Positions 44,119 through 53,820 of a stretch of 64,000 nt of DNA are shown piece by piece. How positions within the stretch are numbered: position 1 is the stretch's first letter; each line of letters starts with the position of its first letter. Made by a program: the position numbers and the translations under genes. Origin of the DNA: Candidatus Poseidoniaceae archaeon (lineage in GTDB: Archaea > Thermoplasmatota > Poseidoniia > Poseidoniales > Poseidoniaceae); assembly GCA_965659685.1 (NCBI GenBank), contig CBFHXB010000004.1, forward strand, positions 14,917-78,916, given 5' to 3'. The notes below the pieces were generated by a model. The model saw only the letters and a program-made list of their open reading frames with translations. It was not told the DNA's origin and did no database searches.

Positions 44119-47100
44119 TCAGAAGCGACGGCTGCCGGAACGGGACAGGTTCAGTCCACCCCAAATCACCAAGCCAACGATGGCGATCACCAGTCCAGCC
44201 AGGACCGTCTGACCGATGCCGTTGTTGTCTGTGTTGGTTTCGATGTTGAAGCGGATTTGGAAGTCCACTGGCTCGTCACCCGTTCCACGGGTGTCCTCGG
44301 CGATGACAGCAAAGTCGCCGTCGTCGCCCGTCACCTCAAGGTAGAATTCGAACCGCTTGTTTCCGTTCGTCATCGTGCCCACGTCGAATTCCGCATCCAC
44401 GGTTTCGCCTGCGGGAACGGAGAGGGTCACCTGCTGGTACACCTCGTCAACCCCTTGTTGCCGTGCGTAGACAATGACGGAATTGATCGCGTCGCGCTCA
44501 CCGCTGTTGGTCACCGGAATGACGAGCGTCGTCACGGCTTGCTCAGCGGTGTTGTCTGAGCGTTGAACCGCCAAAGACTGGTTCACGCTGAGCGAAATTT
44601 CCGCATAGACCACGGTCATCAACAGACTGTCGCTGCTGCCGTCGAGTTCGGAAACACCGACGGTGACGTCGAGTTTTCCACTGTCGAAGGACTCGTCCGA
44701 GCGCACCGTGAAGGCTTGTGTTCGGGTGTCACCAGCAGCCACGGTGATGGTGCTCGTCGCAGGAGTGATTGCCCAGAGCGTGGCGTCGTAATTCTCGACG
44801 ACTTCGAAGGTGTACGTGGCGTCACCGTTTCCGGTGTTCGTAATCGTCGTGGTGAGGGTTTGAGCGTCTCCGCTGCCAATCCCCACTCGTGCGTCGTCGG
44901 CTTCCACCTCAAAGCCACGGATTACCGGCACGCGCACGGTCATCGAGCGCTCGGTGAACTCACCGGTTTCAGCGGCCAGGAGCACGTTCACGCTGTGTCC
45001 GTTTTGGAGCGCAAGCGACGTGTTTTGATCGGGCAGGTTGACCCTGACGTTCAGCGTGGCGGTCATGGGCACGTCATCCGTCGAGGCGTTTTCACCGATG
45101 CCGAGGCGAATCTCGAGCGATGTTTGCCACGCTTCCGACGTGCTGTTCCAGAATTCAACGCTCCAATCGGCTGCGTCGGGTGCGTTCCCCGCGTTTCCGG
45201 TCGCGGTGTACACGTCTTCGAACTCCGTGCCGTCGTAGGTCACGTCCACGGTGAATTCCACCGAGGTGTGCTCGTATTCTCCGTCTTGCTTGGCTTGGAT
45301 GTCCACACCGCTCTCGTCGTTGGTGAACGCGTCCACGGTCAGTTCATCGACGGTACCGACCTCGATGATGAGGTCACGGTCCGCACGGCGGTCCAAGGTG
45401 AGCGTCAATTCCTGACGGTCTGCGGCGACGTTGGTGAAGGTGCTGCCTTCGTAGCTCATGTTGAGGGCAAGGGCGTGTTGCACCGTGACCATGTCAGCAG
45501 CAAAGGAGACGCGACCGGATGGCACGAGGAGGCTCAGGCCGCCGTCGTCGTCCAAGGTCACGTCCCATGAGATGTCCTCGTCAAGGTCCACGGTGACCGT
45601 GGGGCCCTCGCTGATCATCGAGGCGCCGTCCGAGGCGCTGCCCAAATGGTATTGGACGAGGTCGATGCCCGTCCACGCGGTCTGAAGGTCGATGAAACCG
45701 CCAATGGCCATGGTCTGGTTGATGTGACCACCAGAGCCGACGCTTGCGTCAAGCAAATCGATGGCTACGGCGCCGTCGTTCTCGCCAAGGTTGGCCTGTT
45801 GAACGACAACGACCCACGCACCCGGTTCGACTTGTGCATCCCATGTCAGGGTGGTGCCGTCGAAGGACGTGCTGGTCACGGTGATGGAATCACGGGCCAA
45901 TCCAGAGGCGGGGTGAAGGACGACAGAAGCGCCGTCAAGACGGGTCGCATCCACGTCATCCGTGATGGCACCGCTGACGTCGACCAGGCCCACAGAGACC
46001 TCGAGGTCTTCGGACATCGCACTGTCATTGACGACGTAGGATCCGTTTCCATCAAGGTCGTAGGCCATGTTGGCGAATCCTTCCTTGCTGCCTTCCACGA
46101 TGTACGACGTGCGGACAGGCACGAAGAGTTCCCAGACACCGTCGTCGTTGGAGGTGACGTTGGCCGCAAAGGTCGTGCCGTCGAGGCTCGTCACGTTCAC
46201 CACGACCCCTGCAACGCCTTCGTCGGCGTCCGGCGAATCGTCGGCGTCAAGGTCCCAGTAGAGCCGCCCACCGATTTCCACCTCGTGGTCGGCGAACAGA
46301 TTCGTCACGTTCACCGACGCCCCGGAGGAGGCGGTGAAGGGGCTCGACGACGTGTCGAGCGTCCAGCGGTCTTGGGCGTCTTCGCGCTCCATGTGAACCG
46401 ACCACGTGCCGGGCATCATGGGCTCGCTGACGTGGCCTTCATCGTCGGTCAGGTCGAGGGAAACGTTGCCAAGACCGTCCGCAGAAACGAGGGTCATGCG
46501 GAAGCCAGAGAGGTTCTTCTCGCTGAGTGCTTCACGGAGGTGAAGGTGCACATCGGCAGCATCCACCGTCGCCAAGGCGAGGTCAATGCGAGCGCTGTTC
46601 TCGTTCACCGCCAAGGCGTGGCGGAGGATTTCCGTGCCGTCCTCTCCGTCGAAGGCCCCGACCACGGCGATCCAATCGCCGCTTGGGACGTAATCCGCGA
46701 AGGTTCCGTTCTGGTCCACGGCGACGTTGCGGTAATCGGTGCCGTCGGAGGAAACCAACAGCACGCTGTCGCCTTGAGGCTGCAACGCAGTCCCGTTCGC
46801 GTCCACGAGCGAACCGGTCATCCGCCAGTCGTCCACAAGGGCCACGTCAATGGCCTCGATGGGCTCGGGGATGCCAATGACGATGGCCGCGAGCGGTGAC
46901 ACCGGAACGAGGGCGTAATCGCTGGCGTTCTCCGAGGAGGCGTCTTGGTCAGCGAATTCGATGACGTAGGAACCGATGGGCATCTCGACGGTGAGGCTGC
47001 CGTTGGCGGCATACATGTCGGAGGTCACGTTGAGTCGTTCACCGTGAACCGTTGTGGGCACGAGGGCGAAGGCCGGAGTCACCATGCTTCCGTTGGAGGC

Positions 47101-50100
47101 GTTGCCGTCACCGGCCACGTCTTGGAAGACTTGGAAGGTCATGGCATGGCCGCCAGGGTTCAGGTAGAGGCTTGCGGGTTCCGGCATCTCCACAGGGTTG
47201 CGCACCACGAGGACGTCGTCGTCCGACGTCGCGTTGTACATCTCATCTTCCACGACGCTGATGTCGTAGATTCCTGCAGGGAGGTTGAACAGGAAACCGC
47301 CGTCTTGGTTCGACGAGGCTTGCCACACAACACCGTCGGATGACATCGCGGTCATCTCGACCGGCATCCAACCAGGGATTTCGCTGTCCCAGGTGGTGGC
47401 GTTGTCGATGTGGAACAAGGTCCCGCTGACCATCTCTGTTGGTTCAAGAACGATGCTCAAATCCTCCATCCCTTCGGTGACGGTCACAAGGCTGCCGTTT
47501 CCGTAATCGATGGTGTTCTTGACCATGGTGACGGAGTAGGTGTTGCCGATCGGCACACGCATCGAGAAGTGACCCGTGTCGTTGGTGGTCGCCGTGAACG
47601 TAAGGTCGTCAAAGCCGGTGGCCACAACTTCGAGTTGAGTCACGGGCTCCGTCTCACGGCCTGTGTCCTCGATCCACGCTTCGTAGTTCTCAAGGAGGAG
47701 CGGCGAAGCAACGGTCCCGTTGAGCCAAGTCGATGCAGCGTAGGTCATCGTGGTGGAGAGGTCCTCTTCACCGACCTCAACGCGGGCAAGGAGCAAGTGG
47801 TCTTCGTCCGCATCATCGGACACCGTGTAGACGCCCATGGGCAGTTCGACGTAGACCACACCGTTTTCATCGCTGACCACCACGTATGGTTCGAGTTCTG
47901 GAGCGTCGTTGACGAAGGTCACCGTGCGTCCAACCACGTCAACCGTTGGCTGGCCGTCGTTTCCAAACGGAGCCTCCAACTGGACGGTCAGGTCGGTCAT
48001 CGGTGGCAGCGGGTAGGCCAACGTGATGTTCACAGGCTCGTCTTGGACGGTGAAGGTTTCGTTGATTTCGTACCATCCGTCGTTGTCGACGTCCACGCGG
48101 TAGAAGTACTCACCAGAAGGAATCGGTCCTTGGCTGAAGCTTCCGTTCTCGTCGGTGACGATGGTGACGGCGTGATCGAGGCCGAGGACCGTGTCCACGA
48201 GTTCGATGGTGGTGTCTGGAAGCATGTTGCCCTCCATGTCCTCAAGCACGTCAGCAAAGACGGCCCCTGGCATGGTCATCGCAAGGTCGTAGGACGCTTC
48301 GACGCCGACAACAACGGGGTCAGGAAGCAACACTTCCCGACCGTTTGGCAACACACCAATCATGTTGTAGACACCAGGCATCAGGCCCGTCTTGTAGAAG
48401 GAGCCGGGCTGGACCATCGGTCCAGAGAAGTCACCTTGTCCGGTGAACAATCCGGTCCCGTTGAGGGTCCCAGTGCCCTCGAAGACACCTGCGCCTTCGA
48501 AGGTCTGACCGACCACGTCCCGGACCACGACGGTGGGCGAGAGCGTTTCGACACGACCGCTGGCTTCAACGGTGCCCTCGAAGAGGTACTTGGTCGCGTT
48601 TTCAGCACCGGTGAGCATGCACACCGAGGTGTTGGCAGGCGTTGCGGTGTTGTTGTCCAAACAATCCGAGGCGTTCACGAGGTCAGATTCACTGACCCAA
48701 CCGTCGATGATGCCGCGGCCGGTCCACGTGCCGTTGGCGGTGTGGATGCGATCTCCGGTCAACTGACGGGTGTAGGTACCGGTGAACCCGCGGGCAACGG
48801 CCACGCCGTCGGACTCGAAGGTTCCATTTTCGGTGAAGGTCACCTCACCCGTACCTTGGAGAATCCGGGTTTCGTCGCTGGTGAAGGAACCGTTGTTGGT
48901 GACCACAGTGTGGTTGTCGGTGTAGGACCAGATGTCCCGAAGGATGAAGGTCGTGTCCACGAGGGGTTCACCGGCGAAGGATTCGTCACCGATCCAGGTC
49001 ACGACACCGCTCACACCGCTGGAGGCGACGGACACGTCGGCCGCGCGGTCAAGGGCGACCACGCGGTTGGCTTCATCACCGCTGACGTTGAGGTGGGATT
49101 CACCGACCCACGTCATGTTCGCCACCTGTCCGAGGACGGCGGTGATCTCGTTGATGGTGCGGTCATCGTTGTATTCGGTCAAGATGTCACCGAGGTTTTC
49201 GGTGAACGAACCGTCTTGGATGCTGTTGCGCGCACCCGTGGGTTCGTATTCGCCGATGAAGGCGCTCACACGGATGTGACCTGCGGGGGCAAGGAAGCTG
49301 TAGCGTCCTTCGTCGTCGGTGTCCACGAATCCGATGGGGATCCAGTAGGTGTCGGCATCGAGGTCTTCTCCGGACTCGCCAGAGAAGGCGTCGCGCTCGA
49401 TGAGGAGGCGGACGTTTTCGAGCGGCTGGCCGTCGTCGGCAAAGGTCACCTGACCGGTCATTTCAGCACCGGGGTAGAACTTGAGGATCTTGACCATCGA
49501 GTTGGCTTGTCCGTAGCTGTTGGTCTCCGTGATGTCGTCGTTGTAGTTGGCGAGGACGAAGTGGTTCATCATCGCACCAGGGAGCGGCAGAGCCTGCGAC
49601 AGGAAGGTGCCCGGCGAACCGCTCTGACCGAAGTGCTGAGCAGGTTGCGGGTTCACGCCATCGCTGTCGACGCCGAGCGTCGATGCGCCGTAACCGACGT
49701 AGGCGCGCGCCACCATGGTGTCGAAGAACTGAGCCGTATGGTCGGCCCGCACGTCGAGGATTTGGACAGGATCGATTTCTGCTCCGGCCTGCTGATTCAG
49801 CACGTCTTGACGGATCGCCTCATCCACCTCTTCTCGGGTCATCTCGTCGGAGAATGCGCCACGTTGGGTTTCGTAGACTTCCGTCAGGAAGGTGGTCGGG
49901 TCTTGACCAGAAAGGATGGTCGGAGCCGCAAAGATGCCCATGGGCTGCCCGCTGTTGTACTGTGCGTCCGCAGTGTAGCGTCCGGCACGGGGGTACAAAC
50001 GGTTGTCCACGGCGAAGTAACGGATTTCATGGTCGCGGTCCACGGTTTCGCCGGGCGCACCGTTGTAGTCCTGCACGGTGTAGGCCTTCTCAAGTCCGAT

Positions 50101-53100
50101 CACGTCGGCGTACAGGTCCATGACCTGGGCCTCTTCAAGGCCGTTGACGAGCAACTGGACCGTCATGGCGAGACGGGCGTTGGAACGGTGGATGTGGGTC
50201 GAAACCGAATTGAACTCCTCTGCGAGGTCGGCGGTGTACCAATACGCGCCAAACACGTAGTGCGTGACTTCGAATTGCGTGTCGGTGGTGAGCCTCACGT
50301 TGTTGTTGAAGGAGCGGTTCGCGTCTTCTTGGGAGGTGAAATCGCTTCCGTCGCAGCCGCTGGCCAGGCTCTCAACACAGGCGAGGATGGCACCGTCCTT
50401 CCAGAGGCGCCAGCGCTCATCGCTGCTGGTGGTGCCGTCGTCGTTGAGCTTGTAGCCCTGCGTCATCACGGTGTCGCGGTTGGTCTGAATCACGCGGAAC
50501 GAGGCGTCCAACACCTCGATTGGAAGGCTCAATTCCTTCTCTTCTCCTTCGACGATGCGGGTCGCGTCCGTGAACTCCGTTCCGTCGTTGATGTCGAGCA
50601 ATGCGTCGTACTGAGCGTCGGAAAGGTGAGCCCTCAGCACCGCGTCAAAGGACGGGGTGAAGGTGGTCTCGTAGCCACGATCGGCCGCATACATACGGTC
50701 GCCTTCAGCGAGTTGCCAAAACCACATGGCCGCGAGGTCGGCTTCACCGCGGGCAAGGAGCATGTTTCCGGTCGCAGGGATACCCGACTGGAAGTTGTCC
50801 GAAACCGAGGGGTGGTCACCGGAGGTCAAGGCTTGGAAACCGTAGTCCCACCATGAGACGAAGGCGGGCTTTTCGGAATACGAATCGTTGCTGTCCTGTG
50901 CGGCAAGCCACGCGTAGGCGTCATTCCAACCCTGTTGGTTGAAACTGCTGCCAAAGGAACCGAGGTAGCGCATCCCACCGTCTTCGTAGTTGGTTGGGTT
51001 GAGCACGGAGAAGCCGGCGAGTTGGTCCCAACGAAGGATGTCAGGAATGACGTTGTACAAGGTCTCGTCAATGTCGTCCTCAGCGGGTGAGGAGCCGGGG
51101 ATTCCGGCGTCGAGACCGTAGGTCATGTGCTGGCCACCGAGCATGATCATGACGAGCATGATCGCACTGAACTGTGGCGTACGCCACACGGCCTTGCGGG
51201 TCGCAGCAATGCGGTCTGCAGGTGTTCGAACACCGTGGCGACGCATCTTTCGCGACATTTCCTTGGTGCCGGACCAGCCCCAGAGGCCGACGGCGCCCCA
51301 AGCGCCGAGCACGGCCATGGCCGGCGTGGCGTTGAAGATGAAACGAGCCGCGGTCCACGACATAAAGATGGCAAGAAGGATCCAGGTGGCCATGAAGATG
51401 TGCTCATGACGTCGCTGGCGGGTCCCGCGCCAAAGCGCGATGATGCCCATGCTCAGGGCGAGGATGAACACAATCGGGCCAAAAGACGCGAAGAGCAAAC
51501 CTCGGTCTGGCGCGTTTGCTTCAGCAACCGTTCCGAAAATCTTGGTCTTGGTGAAGTAGCCTGCTCCGGTGAACAACACGTTGAACGCGTTGGATTGCTC
51601 AAAGAATTGAAGCAACCAAATCACGGCCACGAACACCACGGCGGCTCCCGTCAAGGAACCGAGCACGAGGAGCCACGGCTTGTCGCGGAATCCGGTGGTC
51701 ACGTACGCGATGGCCACCGTGAAACCGAGCACGAAGAGCAAGGGCTGCAATCCGGTGCCGCTGAAGACGAGGTCCATGCCGGGGTAGGCGTAGAAGGGCA
51801 TCGAGAGGAGCAACGTGGTCCCCAACATCGTCAGCATGAGCATGCTCAGCGTCGTGCTGTCCTTGTTCCGGAACATGTTGGTGGCCACGATGTACACGTA
51901 GCCCACGAACAGGATCGACGGTGCGACGACGAATCCCTTCCAACCGAGCGCCACAACGCCAAAGGCAACGCCGGCCAGTGCAGCGTTTGCAACGGCAAAG
52001 CGGCGATGGGTTGCCACGTCGCCAAAGGCGCGAAGCACGCTGTAGGGGCGGGCGTCGGTGGAGCGGGTCAGGCGTTCGTCGCCGCCCGAGGCCATGGCGC
52101 GAAGGAACCACATGAAGCCGAGCGCCATGAAGAACATCACGAAGGCGTCGTGGTCCGCGTTGGCCCACGTCGAGCGTGAGATGTGACCGGGCATCATGGC
52201 GATGAGCCATGCGGCGACGACGGCAGCGGGCTTGCTGACGTGGTCACGAGCGATGGCGGCCACAGGGAACACGGTCAGGGCACCAAAGATGGCGGGGATG
52301 GACACCATCGCCCACCACACGGCGTCCTCGGGGGTCGTGAGGAAGGGTTCGAGGATCATCGCCAACAGGGCGATCGACCAAACGAACAAGGGTGGACGCG
52401 GGTTGATGCCACCGAGCGGGTAGAAGCGATCTGCGTCAAAGACCAGGTGCGCGTTTTGCATCATGATGTAGTCCACAACGCGCTTCATGTACCATGGGTC
52501 AGAACCCCCGGTGAGGTCCCAATCGCCGGTACCGTACCCGTTCATGGCGGGAATGATGTACCACTGGCTTCGGATGACGAAGGCCACCAAGAAGGCCGCC
52601 GCGATCATGACCTGCGACCAGTGTGCGGACCAGAAGGTGCGGGCGCCACTTGGCGCGTCATCGGAACGGTTGGACCAACCGCCCCAGGAATTGTGGGTGG
52701 CGATGGAGTAGATGCCGAGGCCGATGAAGAACGTGATGCCGAACCAAACCACAGCGCCCCAGGAGCCGTCGAAATTGTCGTTGGTCCACATGCCCATCTC
52801 AAAGGCTGCGGAAACGAGGTACAGCACCCACATCGAGGCGAGGGTCATCGCACGGGTCAACCAGCGTTCCGCGACCATGCTGGCCACGGCGAGCGCGACG
52901 ATGCCGGTCAGCACCGCTGCCCACACAGAAAAGTGGCCGTGGTAACCTTCGACGCCGCTCAGGGCGAGTCGGTCATGGAGTTCAACGCGGTGGAATTGCA
53001 CCAGCGCAAGTGCATGGGCGGCGACCCAGGTCAGAAGACCGAGCTGCAAAGGCAGGCTGTTGCGGTCCCAAGGACCGTCGAAATCGGACAGGTGCCCAAA

Positions 53101-53712
53101 CCAGCCCTCGCCGGGCTCGCTCAACACGCCACGTGCCAACACGGCAACCAGCGCACCAAGCACGGTGAACATGATCCAGGCGTTGAAGAAAACGAAACCG
53201 AGGGCCTCTCGGTATTCGTTGAGCGTCGGGGCGGTCTGCCCTTCGAAGGTGTATTCCGTGGTCACAAGGCCACTGGAGCCGGTGGTCGCTGCGGCGATCA
53301 AGCCGAGCAGCAGGCCGACGCTCGAGAAGACGAGGACGGTCGCCCACTCTGCGCGCTCCGACGTCATCAAAACGTGTGCGCCGACAAGGTTGACGGCGAA
53401 GAGCAAGCCGACGAGTGCGCCAACGCCAGCGGCGGGAAGCGCGACCAAGCCGAGGGCCGCACCGGCGACGATCGTCCCGAGAGAGAGGGTGGACGTCGAC
53501 GCGGGAATGACCTCGCGCTCAGCGAGGAGGCTCGGCACGCGGCCGAGCATGGCGCCCGCGGCCACAATCAGCAGCGGGTACAGGTCGTTCTCGAATCCGA
53601 GGCCGAAGCCTCCGATTTGGTCGGTGAGCATCGCCAAAAGGACGGAAATCGGCGCAAGAAGCAGGCCGAGCAACGCCTTTGACGACACGGTCGTCTCGTT
53701 CGTGGTGTTCAT
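44119..53712 (-). CDS. aglB: Giant oligosaccharyltransferase AglB/STT3 (3197 aa) with N-terminal membrane extension and C-terminal beta-sandwich repeats
   Basis: DPWY (52489-52500), RPPLF, DHD, TVAE, WWDYG (50839-50853), DNFQ; then ~1750 aa of carboxypeptidase-regulatory-like/Ig repeats (T-TD-NG-F) and a terminal TM. Confidence 0.92.
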   Translation of the reverse strand: MNTTNETTVSSKALLGLLLAPISVLLAMLTDQIGGFGLGFENDLYPLLIVAAGAMLGRVPSLLAEREVIPASTSTLSLGTIVAGAALGLVALPAAGVGALVGLLFAVNLVGAHVLMTSERAEWATVLVFSSVGLLLGLIAAATTGSSGLVTTEYTFEGQTAPTLNEYREALGFVFFNAWIMFTVLGALVAVLARGVLSEPGEGWFGHLSDFDGPWDRNSLPLQLGLLTWVAAHALALVQFHRVELHDRLALSGVEGYHGHFSVWAAVLTGIVALAVASMVAERWLTRAMTLASMWVLYLVSAAFEMGMWTNDNFDGSWGAVVWFGITFFIGLGIYSIATHNSWGGWSNRSDDAPSGARTFWSAHWSQVMIAAAFLVAFVIRSQWYIIPAMNGYGTGDWDLTGGSDPWYMKRVVDYIMMQNAHLVFDADRFYPLGGINPRPPLFVWSIALLAMILEPFLTTPEDAVWWAMVSIPAIFGALTVFPVAAIARDHVSKPAAVVAAWLIAMMPGHISRSTWANADHDAFVMFFMALGFMWFLRAMASGGDERLTRSTDARPYSVLRAFGDVATHRRFAVANAALAGVAFGVVALGWKGFVVAPSILFVGYVYIVATNMFRNKDSTTLSMLMLTMLGTTLLLSMPFYAYPGMDLVFSGTGLQPLLFVLGFTVAIAYVTTGFRDKPWLLVLGSLTGAAVVFVAVIWLLQFFEQSNAFNVLFTGAGYFTKTKIFGTVAEANAPDRGLLFASFGPIVFILALSMGIIALWRGTRQRRHEHIFMATWILLAIFMSWTAARFIFNATPAMAVLGAWGAVGLWGWSGTKEMSRKMRRHGVRTPADRIAATRKAVWRTPQFSAIMLVMIMLGGQHMTYGLDAGIPGSSPAEDDIDETLYNVIPDILRWDQLAGFSVLNPTNYEDGGMRYLGSFGSSFNQQGWNDAYAWLAAQDSNDSYSEKPAFVSWWDYGFQALTSGDHPSVSDNFQSGIPATGNMLLARGEADLAAMWFWQLAEGDRMYAADRGYETTFTPSFDAVLRAHLSDAQYDALLDINDGTEFTDATRIVEGEEKELSLPIEVLDASFRVIQTNRDTVMTQGYKLNDDGTTSSDERWRLWKDGAILACVESLASGCDGSDFTSQEDANRSFNNNVRLTTDTQFEVTHYVFGAYWYTADLAEEFNSVSTHIHRSNARLAMTVQLLVNGLEEAQVMDLYADVIGLEKAYTVQDYNGAPGETVDRDHEIRYFAVDNRLYPRAGRYTADAQYNSGQPMGIFAAPTILSGQDPTTFLTEVYETQRGAFSDEMTREEVDEAIRQDVLNQQAGAEIDPVQILDVRADHTAQFFDTMVARAYVGYGASTLGVDSDGVNPQPAQHFGQSGSPGTFLSQALPLPGAMMNHFVLANYNDDITETNSYGQANSMVKILKFYPGAEMTGQVTFADDGQPLENVRLLIERDAFSGESGEDLDADTYWIPIGFVDTDDEGRYSFLAPAGHIRVSAFIGEYEPTGARNSIQDGSFTENLGDILTEYNDDRTINEITAVLGQVANMTWVGESHLNVSGDEANRVVALDRAADVSVASSGVSGVVTWIGDESFAGEPLVDTTFILRDIWSYTDNHTVVTNNGSFTSDETRILQGTGEVTFTENGTFESDGVAVARGFTGTYTRQLTGDRIHTANGTWTGRGIIDGWVSESDLVNASDCLDNNTATPANTSVCMLTGAENATKYLFEGTVEASGRVETLSPTVVVRDVVGQTFEGAGVFEGTGTLNGTGLFTGQGDFSGPMVQPGSFYKTGLMPGVYNMIGVLPNGREVLLPDPVVVGVEASYDLAMTMPGAVFADVLEDMEGNMLPDTTIELVDTVLGLDHAVTIVTDENGSFSQGPIPSGEYFYRVDVDNDGWYEINETFTVQDEPVNITLAYPLPPMTDLTVQLEAPFGNDGQPTVDVVGRTVTFVNDAPELEPYVVVSDENGVVYVELPMGVYTVSDDADEDHLLLARVEVGEEDLSTTMTYAASTWLNGTVASPLLLENYEAWIEDTGRETEPVTQLEVVATGFDDLTFTATTNDTGHFSMRVPIGNTYSVTMVKNTIDYGNGSLVTVTEGMEDLSIVLEPTEMVSGTLFHIDNATTWDSEIPGWMPVEMTAMSSDGVVWQASSNQDGGFLFNLPAGIYDISVVEDEMYNATSDDDVLVVRNPVEMPEPASLYLNPGGHAMTFQVFQDVAGDGNASNGSMVTPAFALVPTTVHGERLNVTSDMYAANGSLTVEMPIGSYVIEFADQDASSENASDYALVPVSPLAAIVIGIPEPIEAIDVALVDDWRMTGSLVDANGTALQPQGDSVLLVSSDGTDYRNVAVDQNGTFADYVPSGDWIAVVGAFDGEDGTEILRHALAVNENSARIDLALATVDAADVHLHLREALSEKNLSGFRMTLVSADGLGNVSLDLTDDEGHVSEPMMPGTWSVHMEREDAQDRWTLDTSSSPFTASSGASVNVTNLFADHEVEIGGRLYWDLDADDSPDADEGVAGVVVNVTSLDGTTFAANVTSNDDGVWELFVPVRTSYIVEGSKEGFANMAYDLDGNGSYVVNDSAMSEDLEVSVGLVDVSGAITDDVDATRLDGASVVLHPASGLARDSITVTSTSFDGTTLTWDAQVEPGAWVVVVQQANLGENDGAVAIDLLDASVGSGGHINQTMAIGGFIDLQTAWTGIDLVQYHLGSASDGASMISEGPTVTVDLDEDISWDVTLDDDGGLSLLVPSGRVSFAADMVTVQHALALNMSYEGSTFTNVAADRQELTLTLDRRADRDLIIEVGTVDELTVDAFTNDESGVDIQAKQDGEYEHTSVEFTVDVTYDGTEFEDVYTATGNAGNAPDAADWSVEFWNSTSEAWQTSLEIRLGIGENASTDDVPMTATLNVRVNLPDQNTSLALQNGHSVNVLLAAETGEFTERSMTVRVPVIRGFEVEADDARVGIGSGDAQTLTTTITNTGNGDATYTFEVVENYDATLWAITPATSTITVAAGDTRTQAFTVRSDESFDSGKLDVTVGVSELDGSSDSLLMTVVYAEISLSVNQSLAVQRSDNTAEQAVTTLVIPVTNSGERDAINSVIVYARQQGVDEVYQQVTLSVPAGETVDAEFDVGTMTNGNKRFEFYLEVTGDDGDFAVIAEDTRGTGDEPVDFQIRFNIETNTDNNGIGQTVLAGLVIAIVGLVIWGGLNLSRSGSRRF

Positions 53713-53820
53713 GGGGTATCCCTCTCAGGTGCAACAGCATGGCTGAAGCATTCTCGCGACCTATGATGTCGTTATAACCGGTTCGGCCATCAACGGCCAC
53801 GCAGTCACCCGAGCGAGTGT

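Noticed and set aside
47410-50856. 1148-aa plus-strand ORF, and similar long antisense ORFs (3448-4653 minus; 27173-28576, 41267-42832, 52183-53682 plus)
   Set aside because: They lie exactly opposite well-supported genes. They are shadow ORFs from high GC and codon bias, with no protein motifs.
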